Part shown: positions 7,692 to 18,769 of the stretch, piece by piece
How the letters are laid out: every line of letters begins with the position of its first letter
How positions within the stretch are numbered: the stretch's first letter is position 1
DNA from: Macrostomum lignano
Lineage: Eukaryota
Assembly: GCA_002269645.1 (NCBI GenBank)
Contig: NIVC01001152.1
Span: forward strand, 1-21,100
Direction of reading: 5' to 3'
DNA length: 21,100 bases
The notes under the pieces: model-generated
Databases searched by the model: none
What the model was told of the DNA's origin: nothing
Seen by the model: the letters and a program-made list of their open reading frames with translations, nothing else
Position numbers and translations under genes: made by a program

Positions 7692-8376
7692 CTGCTCTCA
7701 TTTCTTATATCTCATATACGGTCTCAGACTCTACTTTCTTGTCTCCCATCTTTCTTTCCTCCTTTCCACTACCCCCGTCTCTTCTCTTCTCTCTTTTCTA
7801 ATCTCTAATCTCTTCTCTCTTATGTTCTCACTCATCTCTTCTCCTCGCATCTCTCATCTCTCCTCTCCTCACTACTTCCCTCTCTTAACTCTCTCATCTC
7901 TGATTTTTCATCTCTCTCCTCTCTCCTCTCGCTCTTTTCCTTTCGCTTCTCTCTCCTCCCTCTCCTCTCATCTCTACTACTTTATTTATATCTTCTCCCT
8001 CGTCTTTCGTCTCTACTCTCGTCTGTCTCCTTTCTCCCCTTTTTTCTCCTCTTTTCTCTCTTCTCTCTCCGCTCCTCTCTCATCTCTCATCCCTCATCTC
8101 ACTCTTTCTTTCTCCTCTACTCTCCCCTCTCTTCTATTTCCTCTGTACGCTCTTATCCTTCATCTATTCTCTCTCCTATTATCTCTCTTGTCTCCCTTTG
8201 CTATCTCATATATCCACTCTTATCTCCTCTCTCCTCTTCGCTTTTCTGTCCTTCGTTCCCGCCTTAATCCCCTCTTCTCTCCCATCTGTCATGTCTAATC
8301 TCTCCACTCATTTCTACTCTGTTTTCTACCATCTCATATCTCTTCTCTTTTCATTCTTCTTTTTATTCTCTTCTCT
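7328..8376 (+). repeat. CT-rich low-complexity block, U4
   Basis: Matches 14804-15848. Confidence 0.93.
7601..7686 (+). repeat. (CT)43 microsatellite
   Basis: Read directly from the sequence. Confidence 0.97.
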
Positions 8377-8404
8377 GACTGATTGAAGATGCCAAATCAA
8401 TCAA

Positions 8405-8578
8405 GATCCTCTCCGCGAAGCAGAAATCCTGTCCGTGCAACTGAAAACCATCGAAATCCTCTCCGTGAAACTGAAGAGAATCGAAATCCTCTCCGCGAAA
8501 CAGAAATCCTCTCCGTGAAACTGAAAACCATCGAAATTCTTTCTTTTAAACTGGACTCAATCGAAATTTTCTCCGTCA
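8405..8578 (+). repeat. 30/20-bp minisatellite, U4
   Basis: Same repeat units. Confidence 0.9.
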
Positions 8579-8611
8579 AAAAGAATAAATATCAGGATTC
8601 ATTGGTTATTG

Positions 8612-8634
8612 TTAAGGGTTAGGGTTAGGGTTAG
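8612..8634 (+). repeat. Interstitial telomeric-type tract, U4
   Basis: TTAAGGG (TTAGGG)2 TTAG. Confidence 0.9.
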
Positions 8635-8638
8635 AGCT

Positions 8639-9576
8639 ACACACAGCTGCGTGTTCAAATAAAAAATGAACCAATTGAATCAATTGATTGCGCAACCGAT
8701 TTCACAGTCAGTCAGTATCAGTCTCAGTTAAAGTTAGCAAAAAAATTGCGCAATCTAAATCAACCCTCCAGTACACAGAGACCGACCCCTTTTCAATACG
8801 CAGTGGCAGTTAGAAATTGAACCTCAAACTTTTGGGGGCATTGAACAAAAAAATGAGTACAATCTTTGCATAAAGCTAAAAGTATGGAAATGGTTTTTTG
8901 AAACATTTTATATCCTCGAACTCAGCGTTGCAAGATCTTTTCAGCAGTATAAGTCTCTTCTCTTAAAGTTTAGAACTCGAAGAGCAGTTAGCGTTTGAAA
9001 GTTCCCGTTTTAAAGCATTGAAATGTCGCGTGTACGTTCACTGCCTGCCAAAGAGGCTCGCAAGTTTATTCATTTACTACACAGGCCGGCTATTACACAG
9101 GGCAGCCTATTGAAAGGCACAGATAATAAAACAAAATTGATGGCGCAACTGATTTCACAGTATGTCAGTATCAGTCTCAGTTACAGTTAACAAAAAGATT
9201 GCGCAATCTAAATCAACCCTCCAATACACAGCGCCCGACGCCTTCCACTACGCAGTGGCAATTAGCAATTGAACCCCCCAAATTTATCTCTGACCTATCG
9301 CAAAAATAAGTACAATCTTTGCAGCAAGTTAAAAGTAAAAGTAATAAAATCGTTTTTTGAATGCTGTGCTTTTAATTTTTACAGTTAAAGCAAACAACTT
9401 ATATCCCTGAACTCAGCGTTGCAAGATCTTTCCAGCAATATAAGTCTCTCCTCTCAAAGTTCAAAAATCGAGCAACAGTTAGCATTTGAAACTTTCTGAT
9501 TTAAAGCATTGAAATATCGAGTGTACGTTCACTGCCTGCTAGAGAGGCTCGCAAATTGATGCATTGAATTTCACTG
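8639..9576. repeat. Two tandem internal modules, U4
   Basis: Landmark at 8693 and 9146 (period 453). Confidence 0.88.
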
Positions 9577-9679
9577 TCCGCCAGTTAGCTAGGGTCCAAG
9601 TGTACACACGCCGCCACTGAGAACGCTCCTATCCCCCACTGGAGAGAAAATACACTGCCAAGTTAGCAAAATTTTATGG

Positions 9680-9968
9680 CGCAATCACTTAAAATTCATG
9701 CAAATTTTCAGCTCCAAGCAGAAAGAGGGGACAATTAAGATTATCAAAGGTCAAGACCGCCGTTTTCTGCTTTTTTGAGGATCTTAGAAATTAAAATTTC
9801 AGAATTAAAATAGCCTATAGCCGACCTCGGATAATTTCCAATCTTCCCATATAAGTTTCAACGCTGAGTTGGCACTATTCAAGGAGGAGTTGTCGAAATG
9901 ACAGACAGACAGACAAACAACGCGTCAACTTTAGTATATAGAGTGGAACTCCTCCTTCGGAGGAGAAA
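9680..9968 (-). mobile_element. HINE-like left end, copy 5
   Basis: Hairpin at 9949-9965, GACA microsatellite. Confidence 0.55.
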
Positions 9969-10099
9969 GGGGAAGAACTCCCATCACCGGAATTCCATTC
10001 CCTGAAATATCCATCAACTGAAATTCCATGTCTTGAACCCTATCTTCCAAATCGTCTCCAAATTCTTTAGAAAACCTTTCAAAGACCATAGCTCAAAGA

Positions 10100-11180
10100 C
10101 TCTCACGTCTCTCATATCTACTCTCTCCACTCTGTGCTATTATCGTGACTCTCTTCTCTCTCCTCTCTCTCATCTCATCTCTACCCGTACTCCCTTATTT
10201 ATGTTTTCTCCCTCGTCTTTCGTCTGTACCCTCTCCTGTCTCTTGTCTCCTCTCTTCTCTCATATCTCTCCTCTTCACTTCTGTCTCCTGTCTTCTCTCT
10301 TCTCTCTTATCTCTCCCTCTTCTCTCCTCTTTTATATGTCATCCCTATTCACTTATCTATCGTCTCTCTTAACCCTCTCTCTCTTCTCTTTTCTTTCCTC
10401 TCTGCTCTCATTTCTCATATCTCATATACGCTCTCACACTCCACTTACTTGTCTCCAATCTTTCTTTCCTCCTTTCCACTTTTCCCTGTCTCTTCTCTTC
10501 TCTCTTTTCTATCCTCTCCATTCTCTCTTTTCTCCTCCCCTTGCTCCTTTTATCTTCTCCCCTCTCTTCTCTAATCTCTTCTCTCTTCTCTCTTATGTTC
10601 TCACTCATCTCTTATCATCGCATCTCTCATCTCTCCTCTCCTCACTACTTTCCTCTCTTAACTCTCTTATCTATTTCATCTCTCTCCTCTCTCCTCTTTC
10701 TCTTCTCCTCTCGCTTCTTCTCTCGCTTCTCTCTCCTATCTCTCCTCTCATCTCTACTACCGTATTTATATCTTCTAACTGGTCCTTCGTCTCTACTCTC
10801 TCCTTTCTCCTTTCTCCCCTCTTTTCTCCTTTCTTGTCTCTCCTGTCTCCTCTCCTCTCTCATCCCTCATCCCTCATCTCACTCTTTCTTTCTCCTCTAC
10901 TCTCCCCTTAGCTGCAGGGCTGTCCCGGAGGGGACACAGCGGGAAGGCGCGGGCGCCCATTCCGCTATCTACTCTCCCCTCTCTTCTATTTTCTCTGTAC
11001 GCTCTTATCCCTAATCTATTTTCTCTCCTCTCTCCTCTTTTCTTCTCTCTCCCTCTTCGTTCCCGCCTAAATCCCCTCTTCTCTCCAATCTGTCATGTCT
11101 AATATCTCCACTTATTTCTACTCTGTTTTCTATCATCTCATCTCTCTTCTGCTTTCATTCTTCTCTTTACTCTTTTCTCT
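10100..11180 (+). repeat. CT-rich low-complexity block, U5
   Basis: Matches 2755-3825. Confidence 0.93.
10909..10968. other. GC-rich double-hairpin insertion, U5 copy (60 bp, 70% GC)
   Basis: Flanked by an exact 12-bp direct repeat CTACTCTCCCCT (10897-10908 and 10969-10980). Confidence 0.85.
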
Positions 11181-11208
11181 GACTGATTGAAGATGCCAAA
11201 TCCATCAA

Positions 11209-11362
11209 GATCCTCTCCGCGAAGCAGAAATCCTGTCCGTGCAACTGAAAACCATCGAAATCCTCTCCGTGAAACTGGACTCCTTCGAAATCCTTTCCGT
11301 GAAACTGAAAACCATCGAAATTCTCTCTTTTAAACTGGACTCAATCGAAATTTTCTCCGTCA
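11209..11362 (+). repeat. 30/20-bp minisatellite, U5
   Basis: Matches the U2 array. Confidence 0.9.
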
Positions 11363-11388
11363 AAAAAATAAATATCAGGATTCATTGG

Positions 11389-11421
11389 TTAGGGTTATTG
11401 TTAGGGTTAGGGTTAGGGTTA
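11389..11421 (+). repeat. Interstitial telomeric-type tract, U5
   Basis: TTAGGG TTATTG (TTAGGG)3 TTA. Confidence 0.93.
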
Positions 11422-11426
11422 AAGCT

Positions 11427-11896
11427 ACACACAGCTGCGTGTTCAAATAAAAAATTGAACCAATTGAATCAATTGATTGCGCAACCGATTTCTCAGTCAG
11501 TCAGTATCAGTCTCAGTTAAAGTTAACAAAAACATTGCGCAATCTAAATCAACCCTCCAATACACAGCAGCAGTAAGAAGTTGAACCCTCCCCTAAACTT
11601 TATCTATTACGTCTCGCAAAACTGAGTACAATTTTTGCAGAAAGTTAAAAGTATGGAAATAGTTTTTTCAATGCTGTGCTTTTTCTTTTCATATTTAAAG
11701 CAAACAATTTATATCCCTGAAATCAGCTTTGCAAGTTCTTTCCAGCAATATTAATTTTTTCTCTCAAAGTTAAAACTCGAGCAACAGTTAGCGTTTGAAA
11801 CTTTCTGATTTAAAGCATTGAAATATCGATTGTACGTTCACTGCCTGCTAAAGAGGCCCGCAAGTTTATGCATTGAATTTCAAGGTTCAACAAAAT
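11427..11896. repeat. One internal module, U5
   Basis: Matches the U2 module. Confidence 0.88.
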
Positions 11897-12059
11897 CACA
11901 GGGCTGCCTATTGAAAATTAGAACACAAATCTTTGCGCAATTGTCTATAAAGTCAGCCGGTGAGCCAGGGTCCGATTGTACACATGCAGCCATTTAGAAC
12001 GCCCCATCCCCCCACTGGAGAGAAAATACACTGCAGAGATAGGGAAAAGTTGTGGCGCA

Positions 12060-12342
12060 ATCACTTGAAATTCATGCAAATTTTCAGCTCAAGCAGAAAG
12101 AGGGGACAATTAAGATTATCAAAGGTCAAGACCGCCGTTTTCTGCTTTTTTGAGGATCTTAGAAATTAAAATTTCAGAATTAAAATAGCCTATAGCCGAC
12201 CTCGGATAATTTCCAATCTTCCCATATAAGTTTCAACGCTGAGTTGCCACTATTCAAGGAGGAGTTGTCGAAATGACAGACAGACAGACAAACAACGCGT
12301 CAACTTTAGTATATACGAGTGGAACTCCTCCTCGGAGGAAAA
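12060..12342 (-). mobile_element. HINE-like left end, copy 6 (damaged hairpin)
   Basis: Hairpin reads ctcctcctcggaggaaaa instead of the consensus. Confidence 0.5.
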
Positions 12343-12495
12343 TGGGAAGAACTCCCATCACTCGGAATTCTGGAATTCTGAAGGGGAAGAACTCCCATCA
12401 CCGGAATTCTGAAGGGGAAGAACTCCTATCAGCTGAAATTCAATGAATTGAATCCCATCTTCCAAATCATCTCCAAATCCTCTACAATCTATCAA

Positions 12496-12839
12496 CTCCC
12501 ATCTCTCAACTCTTGCGGCCTGCGCTCTGATTTTTATTTTTACTCTCTTCTTTCTCCTCACTAATTACTTCTCTCTGCACTTTTATCTCTCTCATCTCTA
12601 TCTTCCATCTCTCTTCTCCTCCTCTCTCCCCTGCTCTCTCATCCCTCATCTCCTCATCTCACTCTTTCTTTCTCCTCTACTCTCCCTCTCTTCTATTGCC
12701 TCTGTACGCTCTTATCCCTCATTTATTCTCTCTCCTATCATCTCCAATCTGTCATGTCTAATCTCTCCACTCAATTATACTCTGTTTTCTATCATCTCTT
12801 CTCTCTTCTCTTCTCAGTCTTCTCTTTACTCTCTTCTCT
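12496..12839 (+). repeat. CT-rich low-complexity block, U6 (shortened)
   Basis: 3' part matches U3. 5' part is not seen in other units. Confidence 0.88.
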
Positions 12840-12867
12840 GACTGATTGAAGATGCCAAATCCATCAA

Positions 12868-13209
12868 GATCCTCTCCGCGAAGCAAAAATCCTGTCTGTG
12901 CAACTAAAAACCATCGAAATCCTCTCAGTGAAACTGGACTCCTTCGAAATCCTCTCCTTGAAACTTAAATCCATCAAAATTGTTTCCATAAAACAGAAAT
13001 CAATCATAAATTATCTCCGCGAAACAGAAAGCCTCTCCGTGAAGCTGAACATGATCGAAATCCTCTCCGTGAAACTGAACACCATGGAAATCCTTTCGTG
13101 AAACTGAACATCATCGAAATCCTCTCCACGAAACAGAAATCTTCTCCGTCAGAATTTAAACATTGAAATCGTCTCCGCTAAACTTGACTTAATCGAATTT
13201 TTTCCGTCA
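12868..13209 (+). repeat. 30/20-bp minisatellite, U6 (long)
   Basis: Matches the U3 array. Confidence 0.9.
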
Positions 13210-13232
13210 AACAACTCAACTCGCCAGATTCA

Positions 13233-13266
13233 TTAGGGTTAGGGTTAGGGTTAGGGTTAGGGTTAG
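13233..13266 (+). repeat. Interstitial telomeric-type tract, U6
   Basis: (TTAGGG)5 TTAG. Confidence 0.95.
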
Positions 13267-13270
13267 AACT

Positions 13271-14209
13271 ACGCACAGCTTCGTGTTAAAAGGCACTGAT
13301 AAAAATATTGAATTAATTGAATCAAATCATTGCACAACCGATTTCACAGTCAGTCAGTATCAGTCTCAGTTAAAGTTAACAAAAACATTGCGCAATCTAA
13401 ATCAACCCTCCAATACACAGCAGCAGTGAGAAGTTGAACCCTCCCCCAACTTTATCTATTACGTCTCGCAAAACTGAGTACAATTTTTGCAGAAAGTTAA
13501 AAGTATGGAAATAGTTTTTTAAATGCGGTGCTTTTTCTTTTCATATTTAAAGCAAACAACTTATATCCCTAAACTCAGCGTTGCAAGATCTTTCCAGCAA
13601 TATAAGTCTCTCCTCTCAAAGTTTAAAACTCAAGGAGCAGTTAGCGTTTGAAATTTACCGATTTCCTGACTGCTTGCCTGTGAGGCTCGCAATTTTGTAC
13701 ATTGAATTTCACTGCCAAGCTAATACACAGGGCCGATAATAAAAAAGCTAACCAATTGAATCAATTGATTGCGCAATATATTTCTGTGTTAGTCAGTATA
13801 AGTCTCAGTTAAAGTTAACACAAAGTTTGCGCAATCTAATCAACCCTCCAATACAAAGCAACTGACCCCCTTCCTATACACAGCGCCAGTTAGAAGTCGA
13901 AACCCCCAACTTTATCTCTCACCTCTCGCCAAAATGAGTACAATCTTTGCAGAAAGTTTAAAGTATGGAAATAGTTTTTGCAATGCAGAGCTTTTAGTTT
14001 TCATATTTGAAGCAAACAATTTATATCCCTGAAATCAGCTTTGCAAGTTCTTTCCAGCAATATAAATTTTTTCTCTCAAAGTTAAAAACTCGAGCAACAG
14101 TTTGCGTTTGAAACTTTCTGATTTAAAGCATTGAAATATCGATTGTACGTTCACTGCCTGCTAAAGAGGCCCGCAAGTTTATGCATTGAATTTCAACGTT
14201 CAACAAAAT
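13271..14209. repeat. Two tandem internal modules, U6
   Basis: Landmark at about 13335 and 13774 (period about 439). Confidence 0.85.
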
Positions 14210-14369
14210 CACAGGGCTGCCTATTGAAAATTAGAACACAAATCTTTGCGCAATTGTCTATACAGTCAGCCAGTGAGCCAGGGTCCGATTGTACACAGGC
14301 AGCCATTTAGAACGCCCCATCCCCCCACTGGAGAGAAAATACACTGCAGAGATAGGGAAAAGTTGTGGC

Positions 14370-14674
14370 GCAATCACTTGAAATTCATGCAAATTTTCAG
14401 CTCCAAGCAGAAAGAGGGGACAATTAAGATTATCAAAGGTCAAGACCGCCGTTTTCTGCTTTTTTGAGGATCTTAGAAATTAAAATTTCAGAATTAAAAT
14501 AGCCTATAGCCGACCTCGGATAATTTCCAATCTTCCCATATAAGTTTCAACGCTGAGTTGCCACTATTCAAGGAGGAGTTGTCGAAATGACAGACACACA
14601 GACAGACAGACAAACAACACGTCAACTTTAGTATATATAGATAGACGAGTGGAACTCCTCCTTCGGAGGAGAAA
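14370..14674 (-). mobile_element. HINE-like left end, copy 7
   Basis: Hairpin at 14655-14671. Confidence 0.55.
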
Positions 14675-14803
14675 GGGGAAGAACTCCCATCACCGGAATT
14701 CCATTCCCTGAATTATCCATCAACTGAAATTCCATGTCTTGAACCCATCTTCCAAATCATCTCCAAATTCTTTACAAACCTTTCAAAGACCATAGCTCAA
14801 AGA

Positions 14804-15074
14804 CTCTTACGTCTCTCATATCTACTCTCTCCTCTCTTCGCTATTATCGTGACTCTCTTCTCTCTCCTCTCTCTCATCTCATCTCTACCCCTACTTCCTT
14901 ATTTATCTCTTCTCCCTCGTCTTTCGTCTGTACCCCTCCTGTCTCCTCTGTTCTCTGTTCTATCACATCTCTATTCTTCACTTCTGTCTCCTGTCTCCTC
15001 TCTTCTCTCTTATCTCTCCTTCTTCTCTTCTCTCTCATATGTCATCTCTACTCACTTATCTATCGTCTCTCTTA

Positions 15075-15164
<90 letters not shown>

Positions 15165-15848
15165 CTGCTCTCATTTCTTATATCTCATATACGGTCTCAG
15201 ACTCTACTTTCTTGTCTCCCATCTTTCTTTCCTCCTTTCCACTACCCCCGTCTCTTCTCTTCTCTCTTTTCTAATCTCTAATCTCTTCTCTCTTATGTTC
15301 TCACTCATCTCTTCTCCTCGCATCTCTCATCTCTCCTCTCCTCACTACTTCCCTCTCTTAACTCTCTCATCTCTGATTTTTCATCTCTCTCCTCTCTCCT
15401 CTCGCTCTTTTCCTTTCGCTTCTCTCTCCTCCCTCTCCTCTCATCTCTACTACTTTATTTATATCTTCTCCCTCGTCTTTCGTCTCTACTCTCGTCTGTC
15501 TCCTTTCTCCCCTTTTTTCTCCTCTTTTCTCTCTTCTCTCTCCGCTCCTCTCTCATCTCTCATCCCTCATCTCACTCTTTCTTTCTCCTCTACTCTCCCC
15601 TCTCTTCTATTTCCTCTGTACGCTCTTATCCTTCATCTATTCTCTCTCCTATTATCTCTCTTGTCTCCCTTTGCTATCTCATATATCCACTCTTATCTCC
15701 TCTCTCCTCTTCGCTTTTCTGTCCTTCGTTCCCGCCTTAATCCCCTCTTCTCTCCATCTGTCATGTCTAATCTCTCCACTCATTTCTACTCTGTTTTCTA
15801 CCATCTCATATCTCTTCTCTTTTCATTCTTCTTTTTATTCTCTTCTCT
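14804..15848 (+). repeat. CT-rich low-complexity block, U7
   Basis: Matches 7328-8376. Confidence 0.93.
15078..15159 (+). repeat. (CT)41 microsatellite
   Basis: Read directly. Same position in the unit as (CT)43 in U4. Confidence 0.97.
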
Positions 15849-15876
15849 GACTGATTGAAGATGCCAAATCAATCAA

Positions 15877-16050
15877 GATCCTCTCCGCGAAGCAGAAATC
15901 CTGTCCGTGCAACTGAAAACCATCGAAATCCTCTCCGTGAAACTGAAGAGAATCGAAATCCTCTCCGCGAAACAGAAATCCTCTCCGTGAAACTGAAAAC
16001 CATCGAAATTCTTTCTTTTAAACTGGACTCAATCGAAATTTTCTCCGTCA
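15877..16050 (+). repeat. 30/20-bp minisatellite, U7
   Basis: Matches the U4 array. Confidence 0.9.
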
Positions 16051-16083
16051 AAAAGAATAAATATCAGGATTCATTGGTTATTG

Positions 16084-16106
16084 TTAAGGGTTAGGGTTAG
16101 GGTTAG
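16084..16106 (+). repeat. Interstitial telomeric-type tract, U7
   Basis: TTAAGGG (TTAGGG)2 TTAG. Confidence 0.9.
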
Positions 16107-16110
16107 AGCT

Positions 16111-17047
16111 ACACACAGCTGCGTGTTCAAATAAAAAATGAACCAATTGAATCAATTGATTGCGCAACCGATTTCACAGTCAGTCAGTATCAGTCTCAGT
16201 TAAAGTTAGCAAAAAAATTGCGCAATCTAAATCAACCCTCCAGTACACAGAGACCGACCCCTTTTCAATACGCAGTGGCAGTTAGAAATTGAACCTCAAA
16301 CTTTTGGGGGCATTGAACAAAAAAATGAGTACAATCTTTGCATAAAGCTAAAAGTATGGAAATGGTTTTTTGAAACATTTTATATCCTCGAACTCAGCGT
16401 TGCAAGATCTTTTCAGCAGTATAAGTCTCTTCTCTTAAAGTTTAGAACTCGAAGAGCAGTTAGCGTTTGAAAGTTCCCGTTTTAAAGCATTGAAATGTCG
16501 CGTGTACGTTCACTGCCTGCCAAAGAGGCTCGCAAGTTTATTCATTTACTACACAGGCCGGCTATTACACAGGGCAGCCTATTGAAAGGCACAGATAATA
16601 AAACAAAATTGATGGCGCAACTGATTTCACAGTATGTCAGTATCAGTCTCAGTTACAGTTAACAAAAAGATTGCGCAATCTAAATCAACCCTCCAATACA
16701 CAGCGCCCGACCGCCTTCCACTACGCAGTGGCAATTAGCAATTGAACCCCCAAATTTATCTCTGACCTATCGCAAAAATAAGTACAATCTTTGCAGCAAG
16801 TTAAAAGTAAAAGTAATAAAATCGTTTTTTGAATGCTGTGCTTTTAATTTTTACAGTTAAAGCAAACAACTTATATCCCTGAACTCAGCGTTGCAAGATC
16901 TTTCCAGCAATATAAGTCTCTCCTCTCAAAGTTCAAAAATCGAGCAACAGTTAGCATTTGAAACTTTCTGATTTAAAGCATTGAAATATCGAGTGTACGT
17001 TCACTGCCTGCTAGAGAGGCTCGCAAATTGATGCATTGAATTTCACT
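16111..17047. repeat. Two tandem internal modules, U7
   Basis: Match the U4 modules. Confidence 0.88.
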
Positions 17048-17149
17048 GTCCGCCAGTTAGCTAGGGTCCAAGTGTACACACGCCGCCACTGAGAACGCTC
17101 CTATCCCCCACTGGAGAGAAAATACACTGCCAAGTTAGCAAAATTTTAT

Positions 17150-17477
17150 GGCGCAATCACTTAAAATTCATGCAAATTTTCAGCTCCAAGCAGAAAGAGG
17201 GGACAATTAAGATTATCAAAGGTCAAGACCGCCGTTTTCTGCTTTTTTGAGGATCTTAGAAATTAAAATTTCAGAATTAAAATAGCCTATAGCCGACCTC
17301 GGATAATTTCCAATCTTCCCATATAAGTTTCAACGCTGAGTTGGCACTATTCAAGGAGGAGTTGTCGAAATGACAGACAGACATACAGACAGACATACAG
17401 ACAGACATACAGACAGACAAACAACGCGTCAACTTTAGTATATATAGACGAGGCCAACTCCTCCTTCGGAGAAGAAA
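17150..17477 (-). mobile_element. HINE-like left end, copy 8
   Basis: Hairpin variant ctcctccttcggagaag at 17458-17474. Microsatellite (GACAGACATACA)n. Confidence 0.55.
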
Positions 17478-17545
17478 GGGGAAGAACTCCAATCAGCGGA
17501 ATTCCATTCCCTGAACTCCATCAAGCGGAATCCCATTTTCCAACA

Positions 17546-17685
17546 CCTCTCCGCGCAACAGAAATCGTCTCCGTGAAACTGAACACTATCGAAATCCTCT
17601 CCGTGAAACTGAACACCATCGAAATATTCTCCGCGAAATAGAAATCCTCTCCGTGAAACTGGACTAAATCGAAATTTCTACGTCA
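17546..17685 (+). repeat. 30/20-bp minisatellite, U8
   Basis: Same repeat units, not interrupted by a CT block. Confidence 0.9.
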
Positions 17686-17712
17686 AATAGCCCAGCTCTC
17701 AGAATTCATTGG

Positions 17713-17732
17713 TTAGGGTTAGGGTTAGGGTT
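17713..17732 (+). repeat. Interstitial telomeric-type tract, U8
   Basis: (TTAGGG)3 TT. Confidence 0.92.
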
Positions 17733-17733
17733 G

Positions 17734-18249
17734 ACAGCTGCGTGTTGAAAGGCGCCGTAAAAACATTGAACCAATTAAATTGCGCAACTTATTTCTCAGG
17801 CAGTCAGTATCAGCCTCAGTTAAAGTTAACAAAAAGATTGCGCAATCTAAATCAACCCTCAAATACACAGCAACCGACCCCCTTCCAATACGCAGTGCAG
17901 CTAGAAATTGAACTCCCCCCCACCAACTATTGGGGGGTCGGTCGAACCCCCATTGAACTCCAAAATGAGCACAATCTTTGCAGAAAGCTAAAAGTATGAA
18001 AATCTTTTCTTGAATGCTGTGAATTTAATTTTCATATTTAAAGCAAAAAACTTATATCCCCGAACTCATTGCAGCAAGATCTTTCCAGCAATATAAGTCT
18101 CTCCTCTCTAAGTTCAAAACTCGAGCAACAGTTAGTGTTTGAAACTTTCTGATTTTAAGCATTGAAATATCGAGTGTACGTTCACTGCCTGCTAAAGATG
18201 CTCGCAAGTTTATGCATTAAAATGCACTGAATTTCACTGTGCAAAAAAT
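17734..18249. repeat. One internal module, U8
   Basis: Same landmark motifs, with the poly-C/poly-G hairpin allele. Confidence 0.88.
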
Positions 18250-18409
18250 ACACAGGGCTTCCTGTTAAAAAACAGAACACAAATAGTTGCGCAATTGTCT
18301 ATAAAGTCAGTCAGTGAGCCAGGGTTCAAGTGTACACACGCAGCCACTGAGAACGCGACCATCCCCCCACTTGAGAGAAAATACACTGCCAAGATAGAAA
18401 AATTTTATG

Positions 18410-18702
18410 GCGCAATCACTAAAATTGATGCAAATTTTCAGCTCCAAGCAGAAAGAGGGGACAATTAAGATTATCAAAGGTCAAGACCGCCATTTTCTGC
18501 TTTTTTAGGGATCTTAAAATTAAAAATAAAAGATTAAAATAGCCTAAAGCCATCCTCGGAAAATTTGCAGTTTTCCCATATAAGTTTCAACGCTGACTTG
18601 CAAGTATTCTAGGAGGAGTTATCCAACAAACACACACACACACAGACAAACAACGCACCAACTTTAGTATTAACGAGGCCAACTCCTCCTTCGGAGAAGA
18701 AA
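18410..18702 (-). mobile_element. HINE-like left end, copy 9 (haplotype Y)
   Basis: Hairpin variant at 18683-18699, (CA)n microsatellite. Confidence 0.55.
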
Positions 18703-18769
18703 GGGGAAGAACTCCAATCAGCGGAATTCCATTCCCTGAACTCCATCAGCGGAATCCCATTTTCCAACA

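Larger units (their letters stand above)
7186..9948. repeat. Unit U4 (type D, 2763 bp)
   Basis: Near-identical to U7. Contains (CT)43 and two modules. Confidence 0.9.
9949..12324. repeat. Unit U5 (type B, 2376 bp)
   Basis: Near-identical to U2. Carries the GC-rich insertion. Confidence 0.9.
12325..14654. repeat. Unit U6 (type C', 2330 bp)
   Basis: Central part (about 12620-13320) matches U3. The 5' part and the modules differ. Confidence 0.88.
14655..17457. repeat. Unit U7 (type D, 2803 bp)
   Basis: Near-identical to U4. Contains (CT)41 and two modules. Confidence 0.9.
17458..18682. repeat. Unit U8 (short type E, 1225 bp)
   Basis: No CT block, one module, near-identical to U9. Confidence 0.9.

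Noticed and set aside
8471-8486. CTGAAGA...GAAA, like a hammerhead ribozyme core (also at about 15943)
   Set aside because: It occurs in only one minisatellite variant. No stems I and III or NUH cleavage triplet could be formed by eye.
10909-10968. Fragments of the GC-rich insert resembling HDV ribozyme sequence
   Set aside because: The similar fragments lie on opposite strands, and the nested double pseudoknot cannot be built in 60 nt.
13233-13266. A true chromosome end
   Set aside because: Tracts are at most five repeats long, and the array continues on both sides.
18310-18345. gggttcaag as a possible tRNA/SINE B-box
   Set aside because: It does not fit GTTCRANNC, varies to gggtccaag or gggtccgat in other copies, and has no A-box or cloverleaf.
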